DNA from: Atractiella rhizophila
Lineage: Eukaryota
NCBI GenBank assembly: GCA_021432655.1
Contig: MU271193.1
Location: forward strand, 106,961 to 170,960
Direction: 5' to 3'
DNA: 64,000 nucleotides
A model generated the notes under the pieces. The model saw nothing but the letters and a program-made list of their open reading frames with translations. It was not told the DNA's origin and ran no database searches. This document shows positions 23,461-35,635 of the stretch, in pieces (within the stretch, counting starts at the first letter, position 1; the number at the start of each line of letters is the position of its first letter). A program made the position numbers and the translations under genes.

Positions 23461-25828
23461 GAAGAATACTCTCTCTACTTTCAAAAAGCAAAAAAACTTA
23501 AAAAATGTCGGAGGTTTGGGGAGATATGGAAACGGGTGAACCACTGACGAGCGAAGAACGCATCCACCACTTAGAAAGGATGTTCCAAAATCTACACCTC
23601 ACAACTGAAAAGCAGTTAAAAAACTCGAACAAGACCTCATAACAAGTTTCAACCAACAAAATGTGCAAACCTCCCATAATGCGCACGAAATTGCGCAACT
23701 GAGGTCTAACGTCCAAAACACAAACGACCGAATATTACAATTACGGGACTCCAGACTACCCCCCTCTTAGAGACAGTAGAACCACCTCCCCCTTTTTATC
23801 ATGAACAGACGCAATACCTCAAACTTACTCTCCCCCATCGATACCTCAAACTGCCCAAGTAGCACCATACGTAGGTATCAAGCTTGCTCCATCTTCAATC
23901 TTCAAAGGAGTGCCCAACACAGCTCTGAAATTTTTACACAAAATTTACGTCTACAACACTACTTTTCCAGGTCAATTCCCGACTGAAAAATCCAAAATCC
24001 TATTTACCGTCTCTTACATGAAAGAAGGCGATGCGGAAAATTCACAGCTGGGATTTTGTGCCGACTTGTCGAAAACGAGGAACAAATTTCGTGGGAACAA
24101 TTTTTATCACAATTCAAATCGCGTTTCTGCAAGACAGACCACAAACTTATTGCACAGACAAACCTATCTTCCCTCCAATAAAGGGGGAACCTAGAATCCT
24201 AAATCATCAAGTTTGAAGAGTTGACGAATCAGACTGACTTTGATGATGAGGCTCTTATTTCTTCTTCAAACGGGGCCTCAATCCTGCCCTACATCTTAAA
24301 GTAACCCAAGGAGAGTTCCCAAAATCGTTAGGGGAATGGAAAGAAAATCTTGACGAATTGATGCGGAAGAATCTGCACATTCAACCTTCTTTCGAAACAT
24401 CCCATCGGCGAAAGACGGACCTCAAAATATGTTTTCCGCAAAGAGAGACAGCTCGAAATCAACAAAACACAGAGAGAGCAGAACATCTGTATGCTGCTTT
24501 GCCGCCAATTGCTGATCTGTCACCAAACGTCACTACACACTCATGGAGCCGAAGACCCCGATGACATGGAAGTCGATGCAACAAAATCTAGACTCCCCGT
24601 TGTAGACGATGCCAAAAGATAGGACACCAGGAAAGAGATTGTATGACGACTATGAACAAAGAACAATATCTCTGAGCACAAGGGGAATATTTTGATTCAA
24701 AGATCACCCACCAAGAACAGCAATTTGCTGATCTACCCCCCAGACCCAGGAAACCTCCATTTTTATCAGTTCATATAAAGGTCGTGCGATGTGACTGAAT
24801 CTGTCACAAAAGTGGCGATAGAAATTAGCGAAACCAAGGAACATTTGGACTTCCTTCATGCTTTTCGGTTCCAGCCAATCCATCACTCCTGCAACCTTTA
24901 CTGGATCCAGTTCAATCCCTCTGCTGGAAATGATCAAACCTAGATACTCCACCTCTTCTTGACACCAAACGCAGTTCTGCACATTTACGTAAAGCCTATT
25001 TTCGTGCAAAATTTGACAAACTTGTTGAATACGTTCCCAATATCCTTCTTCAGTCTCTGTTGCAATCAGGATATCATTGATGTATATGAAGATGAACGCA
25101 GCGGCGATCATCGCGCAAAAAATAGAGTTCAAGAAAGCCTGAAAAGTCGCCGGTGAGTTGCAGAGACCAAAATACATCACCAATGGTTCGAAAAGTCCGC
25201 GATTTGTGTGAAACGCCGCTTTTTGCTCGTCTCCTTCTTTGATGCGAATGTTGTTGAAACCCTTTCTCAGGTCAATCTTGCTAAAAAATTTCTTACCAGA
25301 GACCATGGAGAAAAGGTCAGCTTGGACTTCGTCGAAAATTGCAAAATCGGCAATTTGCGTTCGTATTTCGACCATGTTTTTCGGTCTCATCGCCACTGCA
25401 TCCTTTGCTAGTTTCTGCAATTTCATCATGGCGGCTCGTATCGAGGTAGACGATGACAGGAAGTGTTTGCCTGTGGCAGACACGTCATCTGCATTGCAGC
25501 TAGTAGGGCAGCGAGAGAACTCAACTTTCCCTGAGTCCCAGTTGATCTCTGGGTTGTGGTGTCTTAGCCAGTCATGACCCAGAATCATGTCGACAGTCCC
25601 TAACTCTGCCACAGCGAATTGCCAAACTTCATAGTGAGTGGCGATCAGAATGGGGAAGTAAGTGACAGAATGATGGGTTACGTGGGTCGTTGGTTCGAAT
25701 CCCAGTCCCAGCGGCTTACAGCTCCCTGGCCCCGGTTCAAGAGTGGTGACCCTGTAGGGGGTTACGGAGCTGGGGGGTCAGCTACTTAAGTTAACTTTGT
25801 TCTGTTGTATTCTGTTGTGTTCTGTTGT

Positions 25829-26340
25829 TGTCAGGTTTGCATCTTACGAAAATCGCTGCCCGTTCGCCGGATTTCGTCTCCCATCGCCCATTTGCATTCC
25901 CCGCAAATCGGCGCCTGTTCTCCCATTTACATTCTATACAAATCTGCGTACCATCGCCACTCTGCGTCTCCCGTCGCCGATTTACATGCAGGCCTATTTG
26001 CACACAGTGCAAATCGGCACCCGTTCGCCCGTTCGCCCATTTGTGTGCGTACCACCACTTAGCTCATTTGTATCTATTCTCCTCTTATTAACTCCGCATA
26101 ATCCCACTGTCACCTCCCCCTTTTAGTTCTCTTACACATTTCATCTCCTCTCCTCTACACTCTGTGGCAGTGCTACTCCGCTTGTATATATAGATCAGAG
26201 AGTAGTGGAGGTGACCTTAGAGTATTCTCTTAGGTTTATCTCCACCACAGCTTAGTCTTTATGTCACATCATGCTCTTAGATTTATCTCCACTACAGACG
26301 CATCACCCGTCGGCGACTGCACATAGTGTCAGCCGTAACA
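25829..26340 (+). mobile_element. Solo LTR, modular family type B
   Basis: TGTCAGGTTTG...CGTAACA ends; perfect TSD GTTGT. Confidence 0.9.
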
Positions 26341-28989
26341 GTTGTGGTGGCTGCTTGTCCTGTGCAGTTGTACGTCTAAGGAAGAGTAAGACCCAAAAGG
26401 GGCTGTCCTAGCAGCCATAGGCTGTGGGTCAGACCAGAAAGCACACAGATACAAAGAACAAGGGGGGTGATGTCAGGGTTCGAGACCCTGATTTACCTTA
26501 AGTACAGACCAAGATGGGTGTAAACACCCATCATTAGCTCTTTTAGTTCAGTTGGTTAGCTGTTGGTCTGTGGCCATCCTGACACTGATGGGGTGAGCCT
26601 GCCATTTCATCTGAAGCATAAAACAGGCTTGCTACGCCTGCCAACCTAGCGTCTGCCCACTCTGCGGTCCGCGAAAATGTACGAGAGACTTGTGGTTTGC
26701 AATTTCTTGTTCAAACAGACTTGCGAAAGGAACTGCGAAAAGTAATCGAAGCAACTAAGATGTCAATCACATAGAGCATGATAGCAATAATCGCCCAAAT
26801 CCAGGTTTTCTCCGTCAATGAGCTTTGTCGAGCACAGCAACTCTGGATCGGAGATGGGACGGACGAAGCTGTGTCCCTTGCAGTAGTTTTCAGTCTTCTG
26901 AATACAAGTTCTAATAGAGAAGCTTCTCCATTACTACAGCCACACTACTTTTGTTATTTCCTTGACTTGATTGTACAGCTTCTAGCACATGAATCTGTTC
27001 TCCTTTGTCCTACAGTTGCCTTTGACACTCTCACTGCTGTTCCAGATGTTCAGCCTAATTCAAAGGTTCCATCCTCTTACCAACATTTACTTGGCAAATA
27101 TTGCCCTCCTTTCTATTGTTTTTGGCAGGCGTTCGATCTTATTCTGTCTCCGACTATTTACAACTTCATTCAAAAACTTCATTCTCATGCTCAGTCGGTA
27201 CTTATTTCACTTCAAAAGTATTCCTTTCCAACACTCAAAGAAGCGGAAGAAGAGCATGATTGGGAGAAGACCAGAAGCTGTTACAGCGCAGCTCAAGTTC
27301 GGCGTCGTCCACTTTATCCACATCTACGAAACGACAATGCCAATCAAATGATCTCGACGCGATATGTCCAGTCCTCAGCAGTGTCAGAAGCAACAGATGA
27401 GCCAGTCTGTTCAAAGTTCTATTCTCGTTACAAGGAACGACGTCAAACTGGGGGAATCATGGCATTTTGGTGCCAACACTGTGTTTGTGTCGGTTTTCAT
27501 TGTATCCCTTCTGCTGAGGGCCTCAATGATGTTTTTCTGGGGTTTATTGCCATCGGCAAGTAGCTCTATCAGTCATTGTTTATGACTGTAGTTGTGCGCT
27601 GGGTCCATACTGTTTGAAGCGGGAAGCAGAATTCTTCAAGAATACACGGTTTCTTATTGATCAAATGCACCACCATGATCATACTAAATGCTCGGCTGCT
27701 TGTTTTATGAGTAATTACATGGGACTGGACTCTGAAGTGGGGCTTGTGAATACCAGTGCAGCGGAATGTAGAAACGCGTGACTGAAAAGAATTCGCAAAT
27801 GTGTCAGTTATTGTTCACAAAAGTGGGCAATTCTTCTTACTAGAGCTTACATTGATGTTTGGAACCGTCTTCGTATCTTAAAACTATAGATAGAGAACAT
27901 AATGAATTTATTGGTGGTCATTAACTTACAACAGGCTCAAAGCCATGCTGCTCCTTGAAAGCCATGATTACACTTTCCAGCTCCTTCCGCTTCTGCTCTG
28001 ACTCCTCATTCTTCTTCCTCAGTCCCTCTTCTCTTGCCATTGCTTCAGCAGCCCTCCTTTCTGCATCAGCAGCCAGTTTCTTGGCTTCCGACTCCTTCAT
28101 CCGCATCTCACCCAGTTCCTTGTTCCAGTTCTGAATGGCCTCTGCTTGCTTTTGAAGCCATTCATAGTCCATCTTCTGATGGTTCGCAATAAGCTCTTCT
28201 CTCCACCGATCTACCTCTTGCTCAAGGGTAGCAGCTGCCTGTTGAGCAGCTGAGGAGAGATGTTGAATAGTGAGGGGAGAGGCATAGGTACGAGTCTTCC
28301 AGAAGAGCGAGTCCTTTTCGATCTCCTTCAAACACAGCAAGGAACCAGAATGAGTTGGTATGATAGGACAATTCAGCAATCTAGAAATACACTAGTTATC
28401 TCAAGGGTAGGCAAAAAGAACAGGAGGCACACTTTTTATGGGCATGGCGAAACCCATCCACCATTCGCTTGCACTGCCTTTCTGCCTTTTCATCTGGCTT
28501 GATGATGAGACTGTAATATTGATGCACCTGTAGAGGTTCGACTAGACCACAAATTCAGTTAGTATAAACAATGCTTCAGAAGCGAAATATAGGAGATAAG
28601 AGGCACATAAGTCATAGTATTGCCCATCATGCTCTTTCACCTCACCACGCTCAAATTGACGCTTCGAAGGCTTTATATCATCCATACCTCGGTGGCCCTC
28701 ATCAGCAAAAGGAAATACACTTTGAAAACAATTGAAAAACCTACATTGTTCCTTGCCTAGTCTTCCTCACTTCCTTGTTTTCAATCCACTGCCCTCTATG
28801 CTCTGATGACAGCACTCAGTGTCTCACACGGAGCTAGCCACATGAGCAGCGTTTTTTTCGGTCTGATGGCCATCCTTTGTCTGTTCGATCCCCCATCTAT
28901 GTGCCTCTATGATGATATATCCACCCGAATACTAAAGGAACTATATACTCGAGGTACCAGGCTGACATTCCTGCTCGCCAGCAGCCGGA

Positions 28990-29620
28990 TGTTAGGGCAA
29001 ACACTATGTGGGGTTGTCGGTGGGCGACGTGTCTGTAGTGGAGGTAATAAGAGAATAGTATGGCATGAGAAGACTAACCTGTAGTGGAGGTAAAGCTAAG
29101 AGAATACTCTAAGGTCACCACCACTACATCTCAATGTATATATACATATGTAAAGGCACTGCCATAAACTGTAATATACGTTTCTTGAAACACAAAAGAT
29201 AGCTAGATCCGGAAAGCAATAAAGAGAATACTCGGAAATTAAGATATACTGGGTAGTACTAGTGAGAAAGGACAATAAGGCGAAAATGGAGACAGCGCAG
29301 ACTGGCAAAATGTATAAGGTTTGCTGAGCGGTGATTCGTGTGAGAAAGGGGAAAGCGGCAATGGGTAGGCACGTGATGCCATGACGTGGTAAAGTGTGTC
29401 ATGTGCCTTCAGATGTGTTGATTCCAAGGGCCGAAAGGAATAAATTACAATGAAGTTATAATGGGCTTTTTATACCTTAAGGAACTCGGCAAAATGAGAG
29501 AAACGGCAAAGGGGAAAGAAAACCAGAGCCACAAATGACAGTAGCACGAATGCAGCTTAAAACGGTGCCAAACTCTGACAAGATGGTGCATTTCAGTAAT
29601 GCATAGGGGCAAGCCTGACA
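28990..29620 (-). mobile_element. Solo LTR, modular family type A, with nested insertion
   Basis: TGTTAGGG...CCTGACA ends; TSD CCGGA/CCAGA. Confidence 0.88.
29416..29580. mobile_element. Short solo LTR of an unrelated family nested in the type A LTR
   Basis: TGTTG...TGACA ends; perfect TSD AGATG; its removal restores ccttcagatggtgcatt as seen in other type A copies. Confidence 0.8.
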
Positions 29621-30513
29621 CCAGAGGTCTCTCCCGTTCTTCCTGTTCTGCTTCTAAGCCTACTGTAGTTACTCTTTCCTCATCCTTTCCTCTGTTCACT
29701 TCTACTTGACCATCTAAAAGACCATCTTCGAGCGATGTCGTGGGGCCCATCCACTTCCTTTAACCGTACCAGATGGCATCTCGCTTTCTACCTCCATTCC
29801 CTCTACATTCACTTCCTTGTCTCCCAGATGCAGAGAGCCACTATGGGTCAATGGGCCCATCGACATAAGGTCTCCCTCAGGAAGTGGAGTACTGCCTCGA
29901 TTTGAAAGGGAGGAAGTGATGATATGTCCTATGACATTAGGAACGAACGGCGCTTGAATTGTGGGAGGAGGATGTGTGGGAGAAGTGGAAGAGCTGAGGG
30001 TAGAAGGCTGAATGGTGGATGGGAGGACGGGATTTTGAGAGAAAGCAAGTGGGAGAGGTGGAGGAGGGCTGTAAGGCTTGTACAGATGAGTCGTTGTGAC
30101 AGCATTAGAGTTAATGGGGTATGCAAGGGAGGAGCAAGAACCTGGGGCAGATCGTTGTACTATGGCAGGCAGGAAGGTTTATATTTGTTTGGTTGTGCGA
30201 GGCAAGAAAGAATTGTATGTACCTCTGCAACACGGGCAACAGCTCACGAGCTGACACTCTCCAGTCGTAGGGTCTATGCAGCCTTTATTGCATCGATATC
30301 CTGTAATTGATGCGTCCGAGTCCCATTTCAGAGGCTAGAATTGAAAGCGCATACTCACCTCCCATTCCCTCTCATGACTGTTGCTCTTGTGAACGCAGTG
30401 ATACCGGAAGAGTACGACAGTTCAGAAGGAGAGCAGAGCGATGCCAGGACATATATTGGGTATTGGGCCTGAAATGGGAGAAACATCCTCACGTATGATC
30501 AGTGTATGTCCAT

Positions 30514-33500
30514 TAGGGATGGCTATCGGAGTCGATTCAACTGTACCAGGGTACGCCGGCTCGGATATCTATCGTATGTCGGTCAACTGGAAAAAAGGCT
30601 ATGAGTGACGATTCGACTTGAATACGGCCCCAAAGGTGTATCAAATTGCGAGAAGGTGTTTTTTTACGACTCCGATACGATACGAGATTCCGCATGCCCC
30701 GTTTTGGGGGAACGGCACCAATAGTAAGACGCCCCACCTCCCAGAAGCACAAGCTAAAAACTCTCTTCAGTCCTCTGGTCCTCCCATCACCATATAACCC
30801 GGGACCTCGGCATCACACTGACTCTCCCATGTCTTGATCGTGATTGAGTTCAACCATGGCAACAATGGAGAGCTTTCTCAGGCTAGGAAAGAGGACGCGA
30901 ACTTCAGTGGATATTGTGAAAAGGAATAATGAGAATGGAACTGCACTAAGTCAGTTCAAGAGGCGAAAGGATCAAGAGTACAAGTGAGCTTTCGTTTGTT
31001 TCGTAGTGGATGCTGCTGAGATGTACAGAAGGCTTAGAAAGATTCTGGGATATGCAGAACTAAAGGCCCTGCATGCAATGTCACATATATTCCAACCAGA
31101 TGACCCAAATCACATATGTTTGCAAAAGCTTTCTCATTTGCTTTGCTAAGACGAGTTCAGAGCACCACTTCACTTTTTGTCAAATGTCAACAACTCATTC
31201 ATCAAGTTACATTATTTCTTGATGACGATAGGAGCCTGTTCATTGTGCCTTTTCTCTCTGGACCACAACAGTTACCGACATCGGAGGGAAACAAGGCCTG
31301 GTTGCTTTTTGAGCCCTCTGGCACAAACTCCTTCAGATCGACACATCTCTCGTACCGGCTCCTCTCCTGCATACAGGGAAAAGCTCCATCTGTGCGATCA
31401 CCTCACAGATATATTCTGTTCTCACAGGTGAAGGCCATAGTGGCGAAGTGGGAGAGATGGACCCTGACTATGATCCTACAAGGGACCAGGGTATGCTTTA
31501 GGGGATGATGAGGAAGATCCGTTAGGGATGGATATTGATGGTGATGAGTTGGCAGAATCATTGGAGCAGAACAAGAAGATGGATCCAAAGGGCAAGAAGA
31601 GTACAAGAACAACAGTTCGTTTCATTTTGTTGTCCCATTTACAGTAGAATTCATTATTGCAACAGAACTCTATGAGCTGCCAGGTATGGGTCTCCACACT
31701 TTATCCTCTCCTACGGGATTCAACTAGCACCATGAATGCTGATCAAGTTCAGAATCATGTGAGTATGCTGACCATTCATCTGTGGCATTCTGAGTCCTCT
31801 GTAGTAGGTGTTGTCAAAGAAACAGAACCCAGTCTGGCTCTTCTACACAGTTATCTCGAAGTCGGAAGCACACCCTGATGCGCAAAATGGTCACCTAGAT
31901 GGAACCACCTACATTCAGTGTAATCACTGCAGTTGGACTCACCGGATCACCAAAGCAGCAATGGAAAGCTCATGCACCTTGAGGAACATCTTACCGGATC
32001 ACCACGTTATTTCAAGAAGACTAGTCGGTTCTTTAAGTTGTGGAGGAAGAAATATGAAGATAAGGTGGCTATCATGGAGGACGAACAGAAGATGGCAATG
32101 AATCATACCCCTGTCTGTCTTTATCTTTTACTTGAGATATTTATATATGATATAGATTTTGGAGGAGGATGTCGAAATATCTGGGAAACAGCTTGATATC
32201 ATTGAATAGCTACAGGGCATGGCCGCGCGTTTCGCAGATCAGGTATGTTTTGTAGTCTGCACAAAGCTTTCTTGACTTTGCTTCTTCATTACAGGCCTTT
32301 GATCAGACGAAGTTTGACCAACTTCTTGTCCATTTCTTTGTGGCTACGGATCAGCTCTTTCTACTTATGGAGGACCCACACTTCTGTGATCTCCTCCACT
32401 ACCTCCAATACACCTACCCCACCATGAAACCTCAATATGCAGCCATCCCTGCCAAAGGAACTTCTTGGAACAGCGGTGATGAAGATGGAGCAACCGAAGA
32501 AGAAATGAATCCCACGGACAAGCGTATGAAATTGCCAATGAGGAGGAAGTTGAGGGAGAAAGCAATGAAAAAGGGCGATGATATAATGCAGGAACTCAAG
32601 AAGGAAATGAAGGTAAATGTTCTATAAGTGATTGTCAATTGTCTTATTGATGGGGGTGCAGGAAGCAGATACAACGATCAATCTTGCCCTTGATGCTTGG
32701 ACTTCTGAGAATGGATTCCCTTTTTCTGTGCATTACTAGTTCTTACATCAACAAGGACTCGGAGCCTGTTGAACTTGTCCTGGACTTTGCAGAGCTCCAA
32801 GCCTCTCATACTGAGGAGAACATGGCAGAGGCAGTATGGTGATGTGTTACTGATCTTGAAATCACTCACAAGGTTAGTTCCATAACAAAAATTTACAAGG
32901 AGCATGCTAAGGGATAGACAACAGATAGGCTGCATCACTTCAGATAATGCATCTAATAATGACAGCATGATGAGCTCTCTCGCTCAGCGATATGCTTCCC
33001 AAAAAATTCCCTTCAATGCAAAAGAACGTCAGATTCAGTGCTTTCCCCATATTATCCATGTGGCTGTTCTCACACTTCTCGACTCTCTTGGTGTATGGGC
33101 TAAGGTTGACGAAGATGGGAAGAAGCCGAAGCGGAAAACAAATTATCAAGAGTACATGACTGAGAAGCTTGGAACAGTTCATGATGATGCTGCGAGGGCA
33201 GAGGATGAGTATTTGGAGGGTGAGGTAAATGTTCTTAGAGGTGCTATTCCCAAAGTACGTCTTTCATTCCTTTCAGTTCAATCTGTACAGCTTATTGCTC
33301 TATTGTCAGCTTCGCACTTTAATTAAAGGTATCAGGAGCTCCCCCAATCGACGAAACAACTGGCTACTGGAGCTCGAGAAGGCATTGACTGAGGTGCAGA
33401 ACATGTTCAATGCTACTCTAAGGATGTTGATCCTTGACATCCGCACACGTTGGGGCTCTCCTCATGAAATGCTAGACTTGGCAAGCAAGTATAGTCCTGC

Positions 33501-34806
33501 CATTGACCGCTACTTGGACCACTATGAATTTTCGGAAGAGGAATGCTTGTCAGAAGCTGATTGGGAAGGAGTGGGTATTGTTTGCAAGTGGTTAGAGGCA
33601 TTCTGTGATGCGACAATTCGGATGTCAACAACTGTGAATCCTTGCCTCTCATCCACCCTTCTCCAGTATCACGGTTTGCTCGATCACCTGAACAAGATAA
33701 TCAAGGATTTCCCCCCCAATCTCTCCAAAGCATACCGAAGTGGTCTGGTTAATGCACATACAAAGCTTGCTGAGTACCACTACTGTTGGGACGATTCTCC
33801 ATACTACATCTATGCGGCTCATAAGTACCTCCTCACTTCTAACTCTCACGTTTGTTTTTGGCTGACAATTTCTGTCAACTGGGACTAGTTCTGGATCCTT
33901 GACTTGGACCAAAATTTTTCAAGGGCCCGATCTTCAGCAGATCTGAGAAGGCTGCCATTGAGAAGCACAAAAGTAATCTGATTGAATTATTCAAAATGAA
34001 GTACTTTCCAAAGTACGGTCGGCCCATCCTAGTTCAGCCAACACATCTGTCAAGCCCAGCTCTAGATCTTACCTTGATGCAGCCTTCAATGATGGTGACT
34101 ATAATAACAGTGATGATGACCTCAACACGAGAAATGCAGCAGAAATTGAACCTATGCGAGAAGCCAACCATTATCTGAAACACTCTGAACTTCCTCTTCC
34201 TGCTTCTTCCAACATCATTCAGTGGCACAAGAATCAATCAGTTGCATTGCCTGCATGGTCTCATATGGCAAGGGATATCCTTTCCATTCCTGGTTTGTCC
34301 TTGCTCTTTTGCTTTACTGGATTGTGAGCTCATCCTGACTGTCATATATAGGTTGCGCTGTTGGTGTTGAGCGCATTTTTCCCGGTGCAAGGGATACCAT
34401 CTGTATCCGAAGGCATCGATTGAAGCCATCTACCATTTGGACCTTGGTCATTGCAAAGGCTAAACTCAGATTGGATCAGGCAAGAGAATGAACGAAACTG
34501 TTGAAAATACTTGAAGATGCTGAAAAGGAGAAACAGATGAGGACTCAGACTGAAGCATCCTAGGTCGAAACGTGGTCCCTTTGCTTATAATATTGCATTT
34601 TATATTCAGTTACCTCAGAGCAACGAGAATTAATCTTTAGACAAGCCATAAACTGATCGACTTCGGCCGCCTATGTCGTGTTGGAGGCTATATCGAACGA
34701 CAGTGTTTTGATGGTACAGGTACCGATACGATATGACTACAGCTTCAGAGCTGCCACGAATCGACAAGGGCTGACCCAATTCAATTCAATTCGATAGCCA
34801 TCCCTA
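30514..34806 (+). mobile_element. hAT DNA transposon with decayed, intron-containing transposase (about 30856-34490)
   Basis: Perfect 15-bp TIR TAGGGATGGCTATCG; 8-bp TSD ATGTCCAT/ACGTCCGT. Motifs LDAWTS, ITSDNASNN, CFPHIIH, DIRTRWGS, MARDILSIP and VERIFS. Confidence 0.92.
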
Positions 34807-35174
34807 ACGTCCGTTTCCTCACTTCACTTTCAAGTTGACACCATGACATTTTTCATCTTTCAATAAATAGACATTTTGACATTTTCCCTTACCGACATTA
34901 GCCGCACAACATATCCGACCATTTCACCTTGGCAGTGCAGCATCCCTCCACCTAACTGTCTGTCCATAGTTCTTACACGATTTCAGGGAGCTTGATCAGC
35001 CCATTGGCATTAAGGGAGCCTGGGGATCGAGAGGTTTCGCCAATGGGATAGGAAATCTCAAGGCTGTATTTATCTTGGACGACGGAATGAGGACGGTGGG
35101 GATGATACGAAACCTGTATTACACCTGGACTAGGAGTCAATCTCATTTCGTCGAAGGTCTTGATGCAAACAAGG

Positions 35175-35635
35175 TGTCAGGCTTGCCCCTACGCATTACC
35201 GAAATGCACTAATTGAAGTCACGTGACCTACTTTACCACGCCATAGGATCACGTGCCTACCCATCACCGCTTTGCTCACATTCGCGCTGACCGCCGCTTT
35301 CCCCTATCTCACACGAATCGCCGGTCTGCATCGTCTCCATTATCGCCTTATTATCTTTTCTCACTTGTACTGCTCAGTATGTCTTATTTCCGAGTATTCC
35401 CTTTATTGCTTTCCTGATCTAGCTATCTTACATGTTTCAAGAAACGTATGTTACAGTTTATGGCAGTGCCTTTACATATGTATATATACATCGAGATGTA
35501 GTGGTGGTGACCTCAGAGTATTCTCTTAGGTTTACCTCCACTACAGGTTAGTCTTCTCATGCCATACTATTCTCTTATTACCTCCACGACAGACACGTCG
35601 CCTGTCGGCGATTGCACATAGTGTTTGCCCTAACA
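35175..35635 (+). mobile_element. Solo LTR, modular family type A
   Basis: TGTCAGGCTTG...CCCTAACA ends; TSD CAAGG/CAGGG. Confidence 0.88.

Larger units (their letters stand above)
22974..26584. mobile_element. Rearranged Ty3/Gypsy insertion: gag remnant on + (about 23506-24640), protease-RT remnant on - (24704-25660), short 3' LTR 26471-26584
   Basis: The whole block is bounded by TSD CTGAT. RT motifs: ILGHDWL, FSKIDLRKGFNNIRI, VMYFGLCNSPATFQ, YINDILI, FLGFANFYR. Polypurine tract AAGGGGGG precedes TGTCAGG at 26471. Confidence 0.82.
21069..27890 (+). pseudogene. KDZ (Zisupton-like) transposase remnant, interrupted at 22974-26584
   Basis: SWIM-like CDC...KCIH (about 21875-21917). CP.CGPAPAIVIAD|GVSL spans the insertion. 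Then GGIMAFWCQHCVCVGFHCIPSAEGLNDVF, IVYDCSCALGPYCLKRE, LIDQMH..H.KC and NTSAAEC.N..LKRIRK. Confidence 0.8.
27921..30200 (-). pseudogene. Second, convergent gene remnant inside the Zisupton element (Pro/Ser-rich N-terminus, coiled-coil C-terminus)
   Basis: ORF 27921-28379 reads as coiled coil (LEQEVDRWREELIANHQK...). Upstream fragments contain stops and are interrupted by the solo LTR at 28990-29620. The 5' limit is approximate. Confidence 0.45.
20886..34917 (+). mobile_element. Zisupton/KDZ-type DNA transposon with TIRs, decayed, with nested insertions
   Basis: Imperfect TIRs (left gctgaatgtcagtaaggataaatgttaaagtg vs right reverse complement gctaatgtcggtaagggaaaatgtcaaaatg). 8-bp TSD ACAATTTC/ACCATTTC. 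Removing the element restores the Copia frame GGTARQFHLGSAASLHL. Confidence 0.8.

Noticed and set aside
25680..25710. tRNA gene
   Set aside because: Only a T-arm-like segment is present; no acceptor stem, D arm or anticodon arm could be built.
27921..30500. TET/JBP dioxygenase cargo in the KDZ element
   Set aside because: No HxD...H...R 2OG-Fe(II) motif pattern was recognisable in the frames I read.
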